From an uncultured Bdellovibrionales bacterium (GTDB lineage Bacteria; Patescibacteriota; Minisyncoccia; Moranbacterales; DUUL01), in contig CAZXUS010000002.1 of NCBI GenBank assembly GCA_964643985.1, forward strand, positions 1 through 59,648: a DNA stretch of 59,648 nucleotides. Direction: 5' to 3'. The notes beneath the pieces are model-generated. The model made no database searches, had not been told where the DNA came from, and saw only the letters and a program-made list of their open reading frames with translations. Position numbers and translations under genes: made by a program. Shown in pieces: positions 10,401 through 18,859 of the stretch. The first letter of the stretch is position 1. The number at the start of each line of letters is the position of its first letter.

Positions 10401-10851
10401 CAATTTGAGTGAAACAATAGTCGCTCAGGATGGTGATAAGAAATATATTATCGCTGATGAGGCAGGCAATGCATTGATAGTAGAATTTGAAAAAATACAA
10501 AAATACTACAATCTTGCAATACTGAAAATAAAGAGTTTACAATATAACGAAGGAGAAGTGTGGAATACTTCAAAAAATAAGATTCGTTATATTTGGAAAG
10601 AAGATGCTCTAAAAAGGAAATGGTTTGGCTGGTTGAAAACACATGGAAATGATAAAGAGAAAACTTTGTCACTCTTACATCAAAGAATCGAACTGTTTAA
10701 ACATTTTAGAATAGATGCTTCATATAACAAGAAAAAAGATGAAACAAAGGTATTTATTCATGAAAAAGGAAAACCGCAAAGAGAAGTGTTTGATGGATTG
10801 CAACTTCTAGAATTTAAAACAAATAATGGTCAATTGGAATATAATTACTAA
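7465..10851 (+). CDS. Large secreted multidomain protein: LamG-like lectin, SH3b-like, M23 peptidase and Ig-like/beta-barrel modules
   Basis: N-terminal TM/signal. LamG-type motif (IIGGHPAEIDDFRIYTKQLSNEEI). M23 motifs HPGIDY and PYHLHFDV. C-terminal module TEYSLDGGVDWMQYAEPFVISEEGIHEVQYRSTDWFGSEE, typical of surface Ig-like domains. Confidence 0.8.
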   Translation: MNSEENSKEKISWLSVVSFGMGVLSIFLVVVILFLAMNHSVEAFFNDNETENVNDFSVGTDTKETVCSPEDNLFLYFPFDGNVLDASGNNRDAATENTAIVQDRFGNSEGAYDISETNNIIFESYDLANLGKEVTISFWMKTIQDGPVGNSIAKITSPWIPDYGHQVYHLRWDGGSSGDIGKFSFSLHEGYGGLVSYSSKNIADGNWHKITGVRNKDISFSIYIDGQKRGLMQVPSWRSLGDFFYLNKLIIGGHPAEIDDFRIYTKQLSNEEIYNQFLSDQEASPLLCVEEEIQENNGNLAPPFYVKVLYPGGVSLNDLSEDENISNMTPAFVLSIVAQREKEDIKKFQEEYLCVYWEKFSQDSDLREEICTEHNVDEGYGEFGRLTQSAILDYSNSVFYAGGAILRVIEDEKGDWKKQKDGVNWYHIQDVMAEDSKGWVNVASVIENFNQQVQDEWEKQHIKFISPIMSTMPETAKVSSIFDHTGDYLCGFGFNNFICDKKITSFLEGEVGEKIYGSDSSEGAPAYAKETGLFFEGSRYINYIGANISGCVDNEDNSITCLNKKSYLNYDGHPGIDYSYGEGTKIVAPADGVLCLATENTDKEKGLWRNPGKCKYGDDDVNTGDSNGYEKHKTFYIIHGDSGLTTWYLHSSEIINSNLAFGINGDGYMNVKQGQTVAKIGKTCAGCLVPYHLHFDVRSDDGANYANLIDPYGNFFGSVEEQYESLWKKLPFINTTNIFLGSPGELRVYDFEGNMTGLKNGEVIEEIPFSEYGDEKVLIQGADIARIEVVGLDEDVYQLDIVRINNKKRFNFSANDIMTSQGEIHSFVVDWDGLDGEDGAVEIGIDKDGDGVAEQMIEIGSEFSDTTAPQTQILLSEAVESNSWHNLDAQIILTAEDNEGGVGVQKTEYSLDGGVDWMQYAEPFVISEEGIHEVQYRSTDWFGSEEEIKTVEIKIDKTAPEMEIVPKEDEVGFDILGIDNLSETIVAQDGDKKYIIADEAGNALIVEFEKIQKYYNLAILKIKSLQYNEGEVWNTSKNKIRYIWKEDALKRKWFGWLKTHGNDKEKTLSLLHQRIELFKHFRIDASYNKKKDETKVFIHEKGKPQREVFDGLQLLEFKTNNGQLEYNY

Positions 10852-11248
10852 AATGATTTAGTAAGGGTATTTTCAGGATTTACTTCTAATTTTATTAATT
10901 CTAGTATTATTTCTTCTGGGTAAGTTTAAATAGCATTTGGCTTTGTCAATTAGCTATGTCAATTTTTGTAATTTCGTTCTTAATGATTCAGATTGGATAT
11001 ATCAGAAAAATTAAAAGAGATGATTTTATGGCGGTTCGGTTTGATTTCATTGGAGAAACTATCAAATCAAGCAAGCTTATTATCAGACAAATTATTGCAA
11101 TTTATAAATAAGATTATTTTAATATAGCAGAATAAAATATTTTATAAAAAAAGTTTGAACATTGTGCTATTCTGTATAATAAACAAGGCGGTACCTCTTC
11201 GAGATAACGCCTTATTTTTTTTGCTAATTTTTAATTAGCGGTGTTTTT

Positions 11249-11929
11249 TTAAGCCAGTTGTTTTTCGAAAAAAATTTCTTTGTTTTTTGAAATTTTTTCA
11301 AAAGCGGTGTTCCATGAGAGCAACAATCCCAGAAGGTTAACTCTGTAGACTTTTGGTTCAAAACCTTTTCGATAAAAATCTTTTTCGTCCTCGGGAATTT
11401 TATTCCATCGGAGAGTGGTTTTGACTATTTGGAAAGAATTTTCTTCGAAAAGATTGCTATTTTCAAAAAAATCAACAACTTTTTCGTGAGTATGGGCAAA
11501 AAATTGCATGCCCTTTAGTGTTTCTACGTTTTTGACTATTTGAGCAATTGTCTTTCTGGCACCTTTGATTAATAAAATTGTTATTACTGAGGTGATTTTT
11601 TCTATTTTTTCTAACGATTTTGAATTTAAAAAATAATGATTGAAAGCAACCCTTCCGATTTCTATGGATGGAACTGCACACTCTATCATATTTTTTGTTT
11701 CCAATGGTAAAAATTCTAAAGCATGATTTTTAGTGAAAATTCCTATACAAGCCACTATTGTTTGAGTTTCTCTGTTAATAATCGCGCAGTATTTCTGAGG
11801 ACATTTTTCAAAAAAACCATTTTTCGCCAAAATTTTTGTTTTTTTATACCATTCAGTGCAAAAAGCGTTGATCTCCTTGAATTGAAAGTCATTTGGATTA
11901 ACAATTACCGTTTTGAATCTTTTTGACAT
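11249..11929 (-). CDS. Hypothetical protein, possibly GNAT-fold N-acyltransferase-like
   Basis: 226-aa ORF with ATG start. The IEIGRVAF block is reminiscent of acyl-amino-acid synthase / thermostable-haemolysin-type GNAT folds. Weak, unverified. Confidence 0.45.
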   Translation of the reverse strand: MSKRFKTVIVNPNDFQFKEINAFCTEWYKKTKILAKNGFFEKCPQKYCAIINRETQTIVACIGIFTKNHALEFLPLETKNMIECAVPSIEIGRVAFNHYFLNSKSLEKIEKITSVITILLIKGARKTIAQIVKNVETLKGMQFFAHTHEKVVDFFENSNLFEENSFQIVKTTLRWNKIPEDEKDFYRKGFEPKVYRVNLLGLLLSWNTAFEKISKNKEIFFEKQLA

Positions 11930-12114
11930 AAATCTTCCTCCCCTTTGATTTTCATTTTTTTAAAAACACTCTTTTAATAATAGCGATATTAAATAAAAAA
12001 ACAAGCTTTTTAATAAGGAATTTTCAAAATAATAATGTCTGATTATTTTTTTATATCGAATTTATTTATTTTTTGTGTTAAATTGAAGTTGAGTTAAAAA
12101 AATAAAAGTAAAGA

Positions 12115-12927
12115 TTGAAAGTCGAAAAGATAAACTATATAGAAGCAAAATTTAAAAATAAACTAAGAGAAAGGATTGAAAGGACCTTGTTTTGGTTGTT
12201 AGCAGTTTTTTTGGTAGTTTCATTTTTTGCCCGTAATAATTTTAAAACTGTTAAGCATCCCAATCCAGATCTTTTTAATGAACCGGAAAGATCAAGTCTT
12301 TTAAATAATACTCCTATAGAATTTTCGAAAGATAGTTTTAATTTTGTTTTAACTCCATTGTATGAATATGAAATGGCGGCTTTGGTGGTTAATAGACTTG
12401 ATTATACTTGGTTCAGTTTAACTCGAGCTGAAAGCGCTATGCCGATGGATCTTTGTGTGACGTGGGGCGAAAATATTAAGAATGGATTATATCGTGATTC
12501 CTCGGTTCATTTTCGTCAAGATCATAGATTTTGTTTTGGAAGCTGGGGGCGAGAATCGGATTTTAGTTGGGCGGAAGTTTCCAATAATCATCTGGTAATA
12601 GAAAATGAAGCAATTAGAAAAAAAGCGCTTTCAATTGTTGAGGGTGATCAAATAAGAATAAAAGGGAAATTGGTAAATGTAGCAGTCGAAAATACTGATG
12701 GTAAATTAGGAAAATATGAAGCTCAGATTGGCAATTGGAATAGCAGTATAAAATTAGGAGATAATGGAGCTGGCGCTTGTGAGGTTGTTTTTGTAGAGGA
12801 TTTGGAAATTATAAAAAAAGGGAATCCGATCTTTTTTTATGGTTTTAAAATTAGCCTGTTTTTGTTGATAATTTTTGTTAGTTGGAAAATAATTTTGTTT
12901 TTTTGGGAAATATTAAGAAATAAATAA
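12115..12927 (+). CDS. Hypothetical membrane-anchored protein (N- and C-terminal TM segments)
   Basis: 270-aa ORF with a TTG start (no in-frame ATG near the 5-prime end). No family recognised. Confidence 0.5.
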   Translation: MKVEKINYIEAKFKNKLRERIERTLFWLLAVFLVVSFFARNNFKTVKHPNPDLFNEPERSSLLNNTPIEFSKDSFNFVLTPLYEYEMAALVVNRLDYTWFSLTRAESAMPMDLCVTWGENIKNGLYRDSSVHFRQDHRFCFGSWGRESDFSWAEVSNNHLVIENEAIRKKALSIVEGDQIRIKGKLVNVAVENTDGKLGKYEAQIGNWNSSIKLGDNGAGACEVVFVEDLEIIKKGNPIFFYGFKISLFLLIIFVSWKIILFFWEILRNK

Positions 12928-13014
12928 AATTTTAAATTTTACTTAAGATTGTGTTGTATTAAATTAAAGACGGTGTAAGTTTATGTAGTAATTTAAATTT
13001 AAAAAATAATAAAA

Positions 13015-14385
13015 ATGAAAAAAGTAGATTTATTGGTGATCGGAGGAGGACCTGCTGGTTTGATTGCGGCCGTGACGGCTAAGAAAAATAATCCAGAAAA
13101 GAAAGTTTTACTGGTTCGGAAGGAGAAACAAAGTATAATTCCTTGCGGGATACCTTATGTCTTTAATCGGCTAAAAAATGTTGAGCAAGATATTCTGCCC
13201 GATAAAAGTTTGGTTGAAAACGAAATTGAAATTTTAGTTGAAAAGATTGAAAAGATTGATTTTGAGGGAAAAATAGCAAAAATAGAAAATAAAGAAGAAA
13301 TTATTTTTGAAAAATTAATCTTAGCTATTGGTTCCAAACCAGTTATTCCTTCGATTGAGGGTATAAAACAAGAGGGAATTTGGTTCGTGAATAAAAATCT
13401 GGAGTATCTTAAAAAGATGAAAGAATTTGCTCAAAAATCAAAAAGAGTAGTAATTGTTGGAGGCGGGTATATTGGAGTGGAGTTTGCGGAAGAATTTAGT
13501 AGTTTTAAGGACAAGGAGATTATTTTAGTTGAAAGATTAGGGAACTGTTTGGGAACTACGATGGATAAAAGTTTTTCAAATAATTTGGAAGAAAGTTTGA
13601 AAAAAGTTGGAGTTGAAATAAAATTAAATACTGAAATTATAAAGATAGAAAAGAAGGGAGAATTGTTTGAACTAATATTGAAGGAAGAAGACGGTATCTC
13701 AACTGGTATGGTAATTATTGCGGTTGGGGCAAGACCAAATATTAAATTAGTGGAGGATTCTTCGATCGAAATTGCCGAAAATGGCTCAATAAAAGTTGAT
13801 AATTTTATGCAAACTAATCTCAAGGATATTTATGCGATTGGCGATTGTGCCGAAAAAAAATGTTTGATAAGTAAAGCTTCTATTCCAGCTTTATTGGCTT
13901 CAACGGCTTGTTATGAAGCTAGAATCGCTGGAAATAATGTTTTTAAAGAAACTAATTTAATTGAAAATATTGGAACCCTAGCTTCTTTTTCCACTATGGT
14001 TAATGACATTGCTTATGCCGTTACGGGTCTGACTGAAAACGCAATTTTAAATTATGGACTTGAAAAAGAGGAATTTGATTCCACTGATTCTGATATCAGT
14101 GTGGGTGAGTTTGAATCGGCTTGTCATCATCCGGCGGCCTTGCCAGAAACGAGTCCGATTAAAGTTAAATTATTGTTTCGAAAGTCAGATAAATTATTGG
14201 TCGGAGCCCAACTGATGGGGCCGGAAGAAGTTGGCGAGATGATAAATGTTTTGGCGCTGGGTATTCAAAAAAAAGTGACCGCTTTTGATTTGGCTAGAAT
14301 GCAAGTGGCGACTCATCCATTATTAACTCCAGCTCCAACTGTTTATCCGTTGATTATAGCGGCCCAAAAAGCTTTGAAGAATTAA
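13015..14385 (+). CDS. FAD-dependent pyridine nucleotide-disulfide oxidoreductase (NADH oxidase / CoA-disulfide reductase family)
   Basis: FAD motif LVIGGGPAGLIAA, NAD motif VVIVGGGYIGVEFAEEF, single redox Cys in IIPCGIPY, AIGDC motif. Confidence 0.8.
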   Translation: MKKVDLLVIGGGPAGLIAAVTAKKNNPEKKVLLVRKEKQSIIPCGIPYVFNRLKNVEQDILPDKSLVENEIEILVEKIEKIDFEGKIAKIENKEEIIFEKLILAIGSKPVIPSIEGIKQEGIWFVNKNLEYLKKMKEFAQKSKRVVIVGGGYIGVEFAEEFSSFKDKEIILVERLGNCLGTTMDKSFSNNLEESLKKVGVEIKLNTEIIKIEKKGELFELILKEEDGISTGMVIIAVGARPNIKLVEDSSIEIAENGSIKVDNFMQTNLKDIYAIGDCAEKKCLISKASIPALLASTACYEARIAGNNVFKETNLIENIGTLASFSTMVNDIAYAVTGLTENAILNYGLEKEEFDSTDSDISVGEFESACHHPAALPETSPIKVKLLFRKSDKLLVGAQLMGPEEVGEMINVLALGIQKKVTAFDLARMQVATHPLLTPAPTVYPLIIAAQKALKN

Positions 14386-14467
14386 TTAAATAAAATAAAA
14401 ATATGAGTGAAAAATTTCCGGGGGGGGATTTGAGAAGGAAAAAGATTCTTTTCCGAGTTCGGAAAAT

Positions 14468-14740
14468 TTGAAAGCTTTTTTCAGAGAATTGATTGGAGGA
14501 CAAAAATTTGAAATTGGTCGAGAATTGGATGATGAAAAAGGGCCTTATCTTCGTGAAGTTATTGTTTCAAGAGCAGACGAAAAAATTGAATATGAATATA
14601 TGCGAGAAGGAAGGCATTCAGACAAAATGCAAAGTTTGACATCCAACATTAGTGCCACTTTTTATGATTTGGATGGTATACCAATTGGAGGAGAAATTAT
14701 CGCTAGATATGAAAAGGGAAAGTGGATTATTCTTGTTTGA
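14468..14740 (+). CDS. Small hypothetical protein; 5-prime end ambiguous because of an upstream G8 tract
   Basis: 90-aa ORF from TTG. The frame is open upstream to 14411, and ATG 14403 would be in frame if the G8 run (14420-14427) had one more G. Confidence 0.45.
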   Translation: MKAFFRELIGGQKFEIGRELDDEKGPYLREVIVSRADEKIEYEYMREGRHSDKMQSLTSNISATFYDLDGIPIGGEIIARYEKGKWIILV

Positions 14741-14817
14741 ATAAAAATAAAAAAAGGTAAAGAAAGATGCGAAAAGAGCGGTTATATTTTTTATAATGAA
14801 TGTAATTTTTTTAAAAA

Positions 14818-16335
14818 ATGATGGAAAATTTTAGTGGAATAAATTCATTGGCAAATCAAAATCCAAGGCCAAATAGGAGAAAAAGCGAAGAAGGCATTGA
14901 AAGTGAGGGTCGTAGGAAGTTTATGAAATGCTCAGCTTTTTTGGCTGGAACATTTTTGAGCGGTAAAAAACTTTTAGAGTTAAGTCAGGATTTTTTTGCT
15001 GAAGGTGAAAATTTTGAAAAAGGAATTGAATCGAATCAAGATTCAAAAAATCAAAATGATTCTTTGGATAAAGAACAGTTAAAAATAAAAGAGGATAATA
15101 TACAGGTTGTTAGGAATACGGTGGAAGAACAATTATTAACAGGAGATAAAGTCGAATTAGACGTTGCCACTAAAAAAGCAATTTATGAAAAATGGTTAAA
15201 AAGTTATTCAGAGAAACCAGGGAATTGTCCGAAGGAAGATGAATGGAGTGGAGAGAATCATTTAGGATTATTAGAAACTTTAGAAAAAATGAAACCTTGG
15301 ATTGCTGATATGAAAAAGGAATTTGTGAAAATTGGGCTTGCTGGTGATTTTGCTTATTTAGCAATTCCAGAATCACATTTTAAAATATATGATGTTTCTG
15401 GCGCTTATGCTAAGGGTCCTTTTCAATTCACAAAGGGAACTGCTAAAAATTATGGCTTATTGATTGAAGACGGAATTGATGAAAGACTTGATCCAATTAT
15501 GAGCGCTCGAGCTTGTGCTGAGCATCTAAGGTATAGTTATAAAGAATTTAATAATGATTGGAGGTTGGCTTTGGCAGATTACAATGGTGGCTATACCAAC
15601 AAGTACGCAAAATTTCGTTCTAAAAAAGAAGATCGAAATTATGAAGACTATTTGACTTGGCGAGAAGGTCGCATTAATGAATTTATGAAAAAAGATTTTT
15701 TTGAATATAAAGTTGAGAGCGGACAGAATTTAACGGTGATTTCAAAAAAATGGAAAATGTCAGTTTCAGCCTTGAAGAAAGTTAATGATTTGAAAAGTAA
15801 TGCTATAAACGCTGGTCAAATTTTGAAAATTCCTGCCATTGTTTCGCGAAAAATAAACTTTCTAGAGAATTCATTGGAGAATTTAAATTATCCTGAAAAA
15901 TTTTATGCGATTTTGGATGTTATTGAAAAAGAAAAATTAAAAGAAGAATTTTTGGCTGAATCATTGAAATTTAATTGGAAAAAAATTCCAAAAGTTAAAA
16001 CGACTGATTTTTCTTATGTTATTAAGAAAGGGGAAAATCTTTTTTTAATAGCTAGAAAAATAAAAATCTTAGCTAAAAACAAAGATAGAAGTTTTAATTT
16101 ATCGGTTTTTAAAATCCAAGCTTTAATTCAAAGACAAAATGGAATTTCTGACCCTCGGAAAATTAGACTAAACCAAAAATTAAAAATAGAATTACCTTTG
16201 GAGAACGGACCTTCATTGAAACAAGTTGCCATAGAAAATAAAATAAAAATTGAAACGCTTCAAAAATTAAATTATTCGATTCTTAATGCCGATAAATCAT
16301 TGCCTGCTGGAATAAAAATTAGAATTCCAGTATAA
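14818..16335 (+). CDS. Lytic transglycosylase (SLT domain) with LysM repeats and Tat-like signal
   Basis: SLT blocks IPESHF, GPFQFTKGTAKNYGL, ADYNGGY. LysM-like YKVESGQNLTVISKKW...GQILKIP and YVIKKGENLFLIARK. GRRKFMKCSAFLAGTFL resembles a twin-arginine signal. Confidence 0.8.
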   Translation: MMENFSGINSLANQNPRPNRRKSEEGIESEGRRKFMKCSAFLAGTFLSGKKLLELSQDFFAEGENFEKGIESNQDSKNQNDSLDKEQLKIKEDNIQVVRNTVEEQLLTGDKVELDVATKKAIYEKWLKSYSEKPGNCPKEDEWSGENHLGLLETLEKMKPWIADMKKEFVKIGLAGDFAYLAIPESHFKIYDVSGAYAKGPFQFTKGTAKNYGLLIEDGIDERLDPIMSARACAEHLRYSYKEFNNDWRLALADYNGGYTNKYAKFRSKKEDRNYEDYLTWREGRINEFMKKDFFEYKVESGQNLTVISKKWKMSVSALKKVNDLKSNAINAGQILKIPAIVSRKINFLENSLENLNYPEKFYAILDVIEKEKLKEEFLAESLKFNWKKIPKVKTTDFSYVIKKGENLFLIARKIKILAKNKDRSFNLSVFKIQALIQRQNGISDPRKIRLNQKLKIELPLENGPSLKQVAIENKIKIETLQKLNYSILNADKSLPAGIKIRIPV

Positions 16336-16783
16336 TATCATTTCTAACTAATCACTACTCACCCAAGTTTTGAAAATTTGGACTACCCTGTATAAATAAT
16401 ACTACGTAATTTAACAGGGTAAACCCGTCTCGCTGAGGCTTGCCGAGGCTGACCCGTCTCGTGTTACTCGCCGAGGCAGGCAACTTTGAAAAAAATATTA
16501 AATGTATCTGGCGGCTGTTCCCAATAACCCTTTTTACTGCCCGTCTCGCTGAGGCTTGCCGAGGCGGACAGTTTTCTATTTTTGGTTAAATTTTTTTAAA
16601 ATTTTATTGCCTTAGCTGAAGCTAAAGCTTCAAAAATTTTAAAATAATTTATCTCAAAAATAATAAATTTCGTTTAAAAAGCTTAATTAGAAACAGCCTT
16701 TAGATACTAATTCAAGATTTTTTTCTTCGTTTCGTCTAAAATTTTCTGCAACTTAATGAGTATTGGTTAGTTAGAAATGGTAT
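16334..16783 (+). mobile_element. Family M palindromic MITE-like element, long composite copy (M1) carrying three GC-rich hairpin modules
   Basis: Terminal inverted repeats ATATCATTTCTAACTAATCA / TGGTTAGTTAGAAATGGTAT. Arms are shared with 19303-19494, 23530-23721 and 44979-45053. Internal CCCGTCTCG...CGAGGC modules at 16424, 16453 and 16540. No ORF. Confidence 0.65.
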
Positions 16784-16817
16784 AATTAATTAGGTTAAAA
16801 GTATAATTTTTGAAATA

Positions 16818-17855
16818 ATGGAAAACAACAAAAAAATTGTGGTTGGATTTTCAGGGGGAGTGGATTCGATGATGACGATAAAAATTTTGCAAGAGCAGGG
16901 TTATCAGCCAATAGCGGTTTTTTTGAAGATGTTTGCTGGGGAAAAAATTGAAGAGGTTCGGCACCTAGCGGATAAATTAGCGGTAAAATTAATAGTAAAA
17001 GATGTTTCGAAAATTTTCTCAAATTGTATTATTGGCGATTTTTTAAATGAGTATAAAAGTAATCGGACTCCAAATCCTTGTGTGAAATGCAATTTTGAAA
17101 TTAAATTTAAATTTCTTTTGGAAATGGCGGACGAGTTGAGAATAGATAAAATTGCCACCGGACATTATGCTCAAATTAAGAAAGAGGGTAAATTTTTTAA
17201 ATTGCTAAAAGGTAAAGATGAAAAAAAAGATCAGTCCTATTTCTTGTATCGTTTAACGCAGAAAGAATTAGCTCGAATAATTTTTCCGTTAGGCGGTCGG
17301 CAGAAAGAAGATGTTAAAAAAGAAGCTTTGAAAAATGGTTGGGTTTATGAAATCAAAGAATCTCAAGACGTTTGTTTCTTGAATAAAAAAGAAAAGGTGC
17401 AAGATTTTTTGAAAGAAAATTTGGAAGAAAATAAAACTGGAAAGATTGAGGATGAAGAGGGCACTGTTTTGGGTCAACATCAAGGTCTGGTCTATTACAC
17501 TCAAGGGCAAAGAAAAGGTTTGGATTTGAGTAGTGGACCGTTTTATGTTACTGGAAAAGATTCAGAGCGAAATGTCCTATCGGTTAGTAAAAATAAAAAA
17601 CATTCAGCTTTGTTGAACAGAGAAATTCTGATTGAAGATGTCAATTGGATTGGTCGATTGCCAGTGGAAAATAAAAATTATTCATTCAAATCGAGATATC
17701 GCGCTCAGTTGACTACTGGAGTAGTTATTAAAGAGGAAAACAACTGGAGGGCTGTTTTGTCGGAACCACAATGGGCAGTGGCTAAAGGTCAATCATTGGT
17801 AGTCTATGATGGCGAGGAAGTTCTAGGGGGTGGAATAATTAAGGAAGTTTTATGA
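16818..17855 (+). CDS. mnmA: tRNA 2-thiouridine(34) synthase MnmA
   Basis: PP-loop VVGFSGGVDS, conserved NPCVKCN and ATGHYA blocks, typical length of 345 aa, TGA stop. Confidence 0.93.
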   Translation: MENNKKIVVGFSGGVDSMMTIKILQEQGYQPIAVFLKMFAGEKIEEVRHLADKLAVKLIVKDVSKIFSNCIIGDFLNEYKSNRTPNPCVKCNFEIKFKFLLEMADELRIDKIATGHYAQIKKEGKFFKLLKGKDEKKDQSYFLYRLTQKELARIIFPLGGRQKEDVKKEALKNGWVYEIKESQDVCFLNKKEKVQDFLKENLEENKTGKIEDEEGTVLGQHQGLVYYTQGQRKGLDLSSGPFYVTGKDSERNVLSVSKNKKHSALLNREILIEDVNWIGRLPVENKNYSFKSRYRAQLTTGVVIKEENNWRAVLSEPQWAVAKGQSLVVYDGEEVLGGGIIKEVL

Positions 17856-17879
17856 AATTAAAAAAATAAAAATAATAAA

Positions 17880-18167
17880 ATGAGAACGGATAATGATGAG
17901 GTAGAAAACAGGAATAGAAAAAGACGATTTGAATCGGAGCTTTCAATTAAAAAAAATCAATTGAAAGACTTAAAAAAAGAAGAGGAAAAAATAGAAGTGG
18001 AGCAACGTCGATTAAAAAAAGAAGAGAATCGATTGAAACTTGAAGAAAAACAATTGGAATTAGAAGCGCAAAAAATTGAAAAAGAGCGATATGAATTGGA
18101 AAGTGATTTGAAGCGAACTGAAGAACAATTGGGAGAAATTATTTCAGAAATGAGAGCTAATCGTTAG
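17880..18167 (+). CDS. Small coiled-coil, highly charged hypothetical protein
   Basis: 95-aa ORF rich in E/K/R heptad-like repeats. Overlaps the convergent 18157-18696 by 11 nt. Confidence 0.45.
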   Translation: MRTDNDEVENRNRKRRFESELSIKKNQLKDLKKEEEKIEVEQRRLKKEENRLKLEEKQLELEAQKIEKERYELESDLKRTEEQLGEIISEMRANR

Positions 18168-18696
18168 TTTTGAATATTTTTAGTAAAGTCAGGAAAGTAA
18201 GGCCCCCGATTAAAGCGGTTATTAGCTGAGGCCATTGAAACATTGCTATTAGATTAGCGTTGAGCTTTCCGGCTACAAAATAAACGATTGTATAAAGAAA
18301 TGTAAATTTTAAAAAGCTAGCCGTTAAAACACCAATTAATGGTGTTTTTTTGAGAATTGAGAAAGAGGATAACAGAACGACATTAGAAATAATAATATAA
18401 GGAATTAACATTACCATCGGCGCTGGAAGTAAACCCCGTAGTAGAGCGACTGAAGACGGGAGAACGGCAATTAAAAAAGTATTAACGATTGGTAATCGAT
18501 AAGCGGCTAAAAATAGAAGTGCATTAACAATTGAACCAGTGATTATTTGGTTAGCGGAAGTATGGGCCAAAATGGCGGGAGCAATCACGATGGCGATAGT
18601 TAAGGCGATTGTCCATGCTAATTCAGAAGTTTTGTAGCCAATCCAGAATTGAGTTTTAATAATAGCAATTATTTTATTTTTCATTTTATTTTTCAC
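18157..18696 (-). CDS. Multi-pass membrane protein of unknown function (possibly ECF-type substrate-binding component)
   Basis: 179-aa ORF with about 5 hydrophobic helices. Family not confidently recognised. Confidence 0.6.
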   Translation of the reverse strand: MKNKMKNKIIAIIKTQFWIGYKTSELAWTIALTIAIVIAPAILAHTSANQIITGSIVNALLFLAAYRLPIVNTFLIAVLPSSVALLRGLLPAPMVMLIPYIIISNVVLLSSFSILKKTPLIGVLTASFLKFTFLYTIVYFVAGKLNANLIAMFQWPQLITALIGGLTFLTLLKIFKTND

Positions 18697-18793
18697 AATA
18701 TTTATTAAAATCAGTTTTTTGTTAATTTATATTAGCATTGATTTGAGAATTTTTCTAGTCCGGGGTTTTATTTTTTGAAATAAAATTCAATCG

Positions 18794-18822
18794 TTGAAAT
18801 ATTTTTGATAATGAGGTATTAT
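18794..18822 (+). promoter_or_regulatory. Sigma70-like promoter candidate for the hydrogenase operon
   Basis: TTGAAA, 17-nt spacer, TATTAT, about 40 nt upstream of nuoE. Confidence 0.4.
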
Positions 18823-18859
18823 TTTATTGTAGCAGTTGCTGAAATTAAAATAGAAATAA

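Noticed and set aside
10958-11113. 51-codon ORF (MSIFVISFLMIQIGYIRKIK...) and a short promoter-to-hairpin unit near 11150-11225
   Set aside because: There is no SD, no recognisable family, and the promoter spacing is poor (14 nt). The hairpin AAGGCG...CGCCTT with a T-run is most simply a terminator. The evidence is too weak to call.
16424-16569. Three ~29-nt GC-rich repeats that at first sight resemble a small CRISPR array
   Set aside because: Spacing is irregular (two units directly adjacent, the third about 58 nt away). The same unit is dispersed singly across the window inside other repeats, and no cas genes are present.
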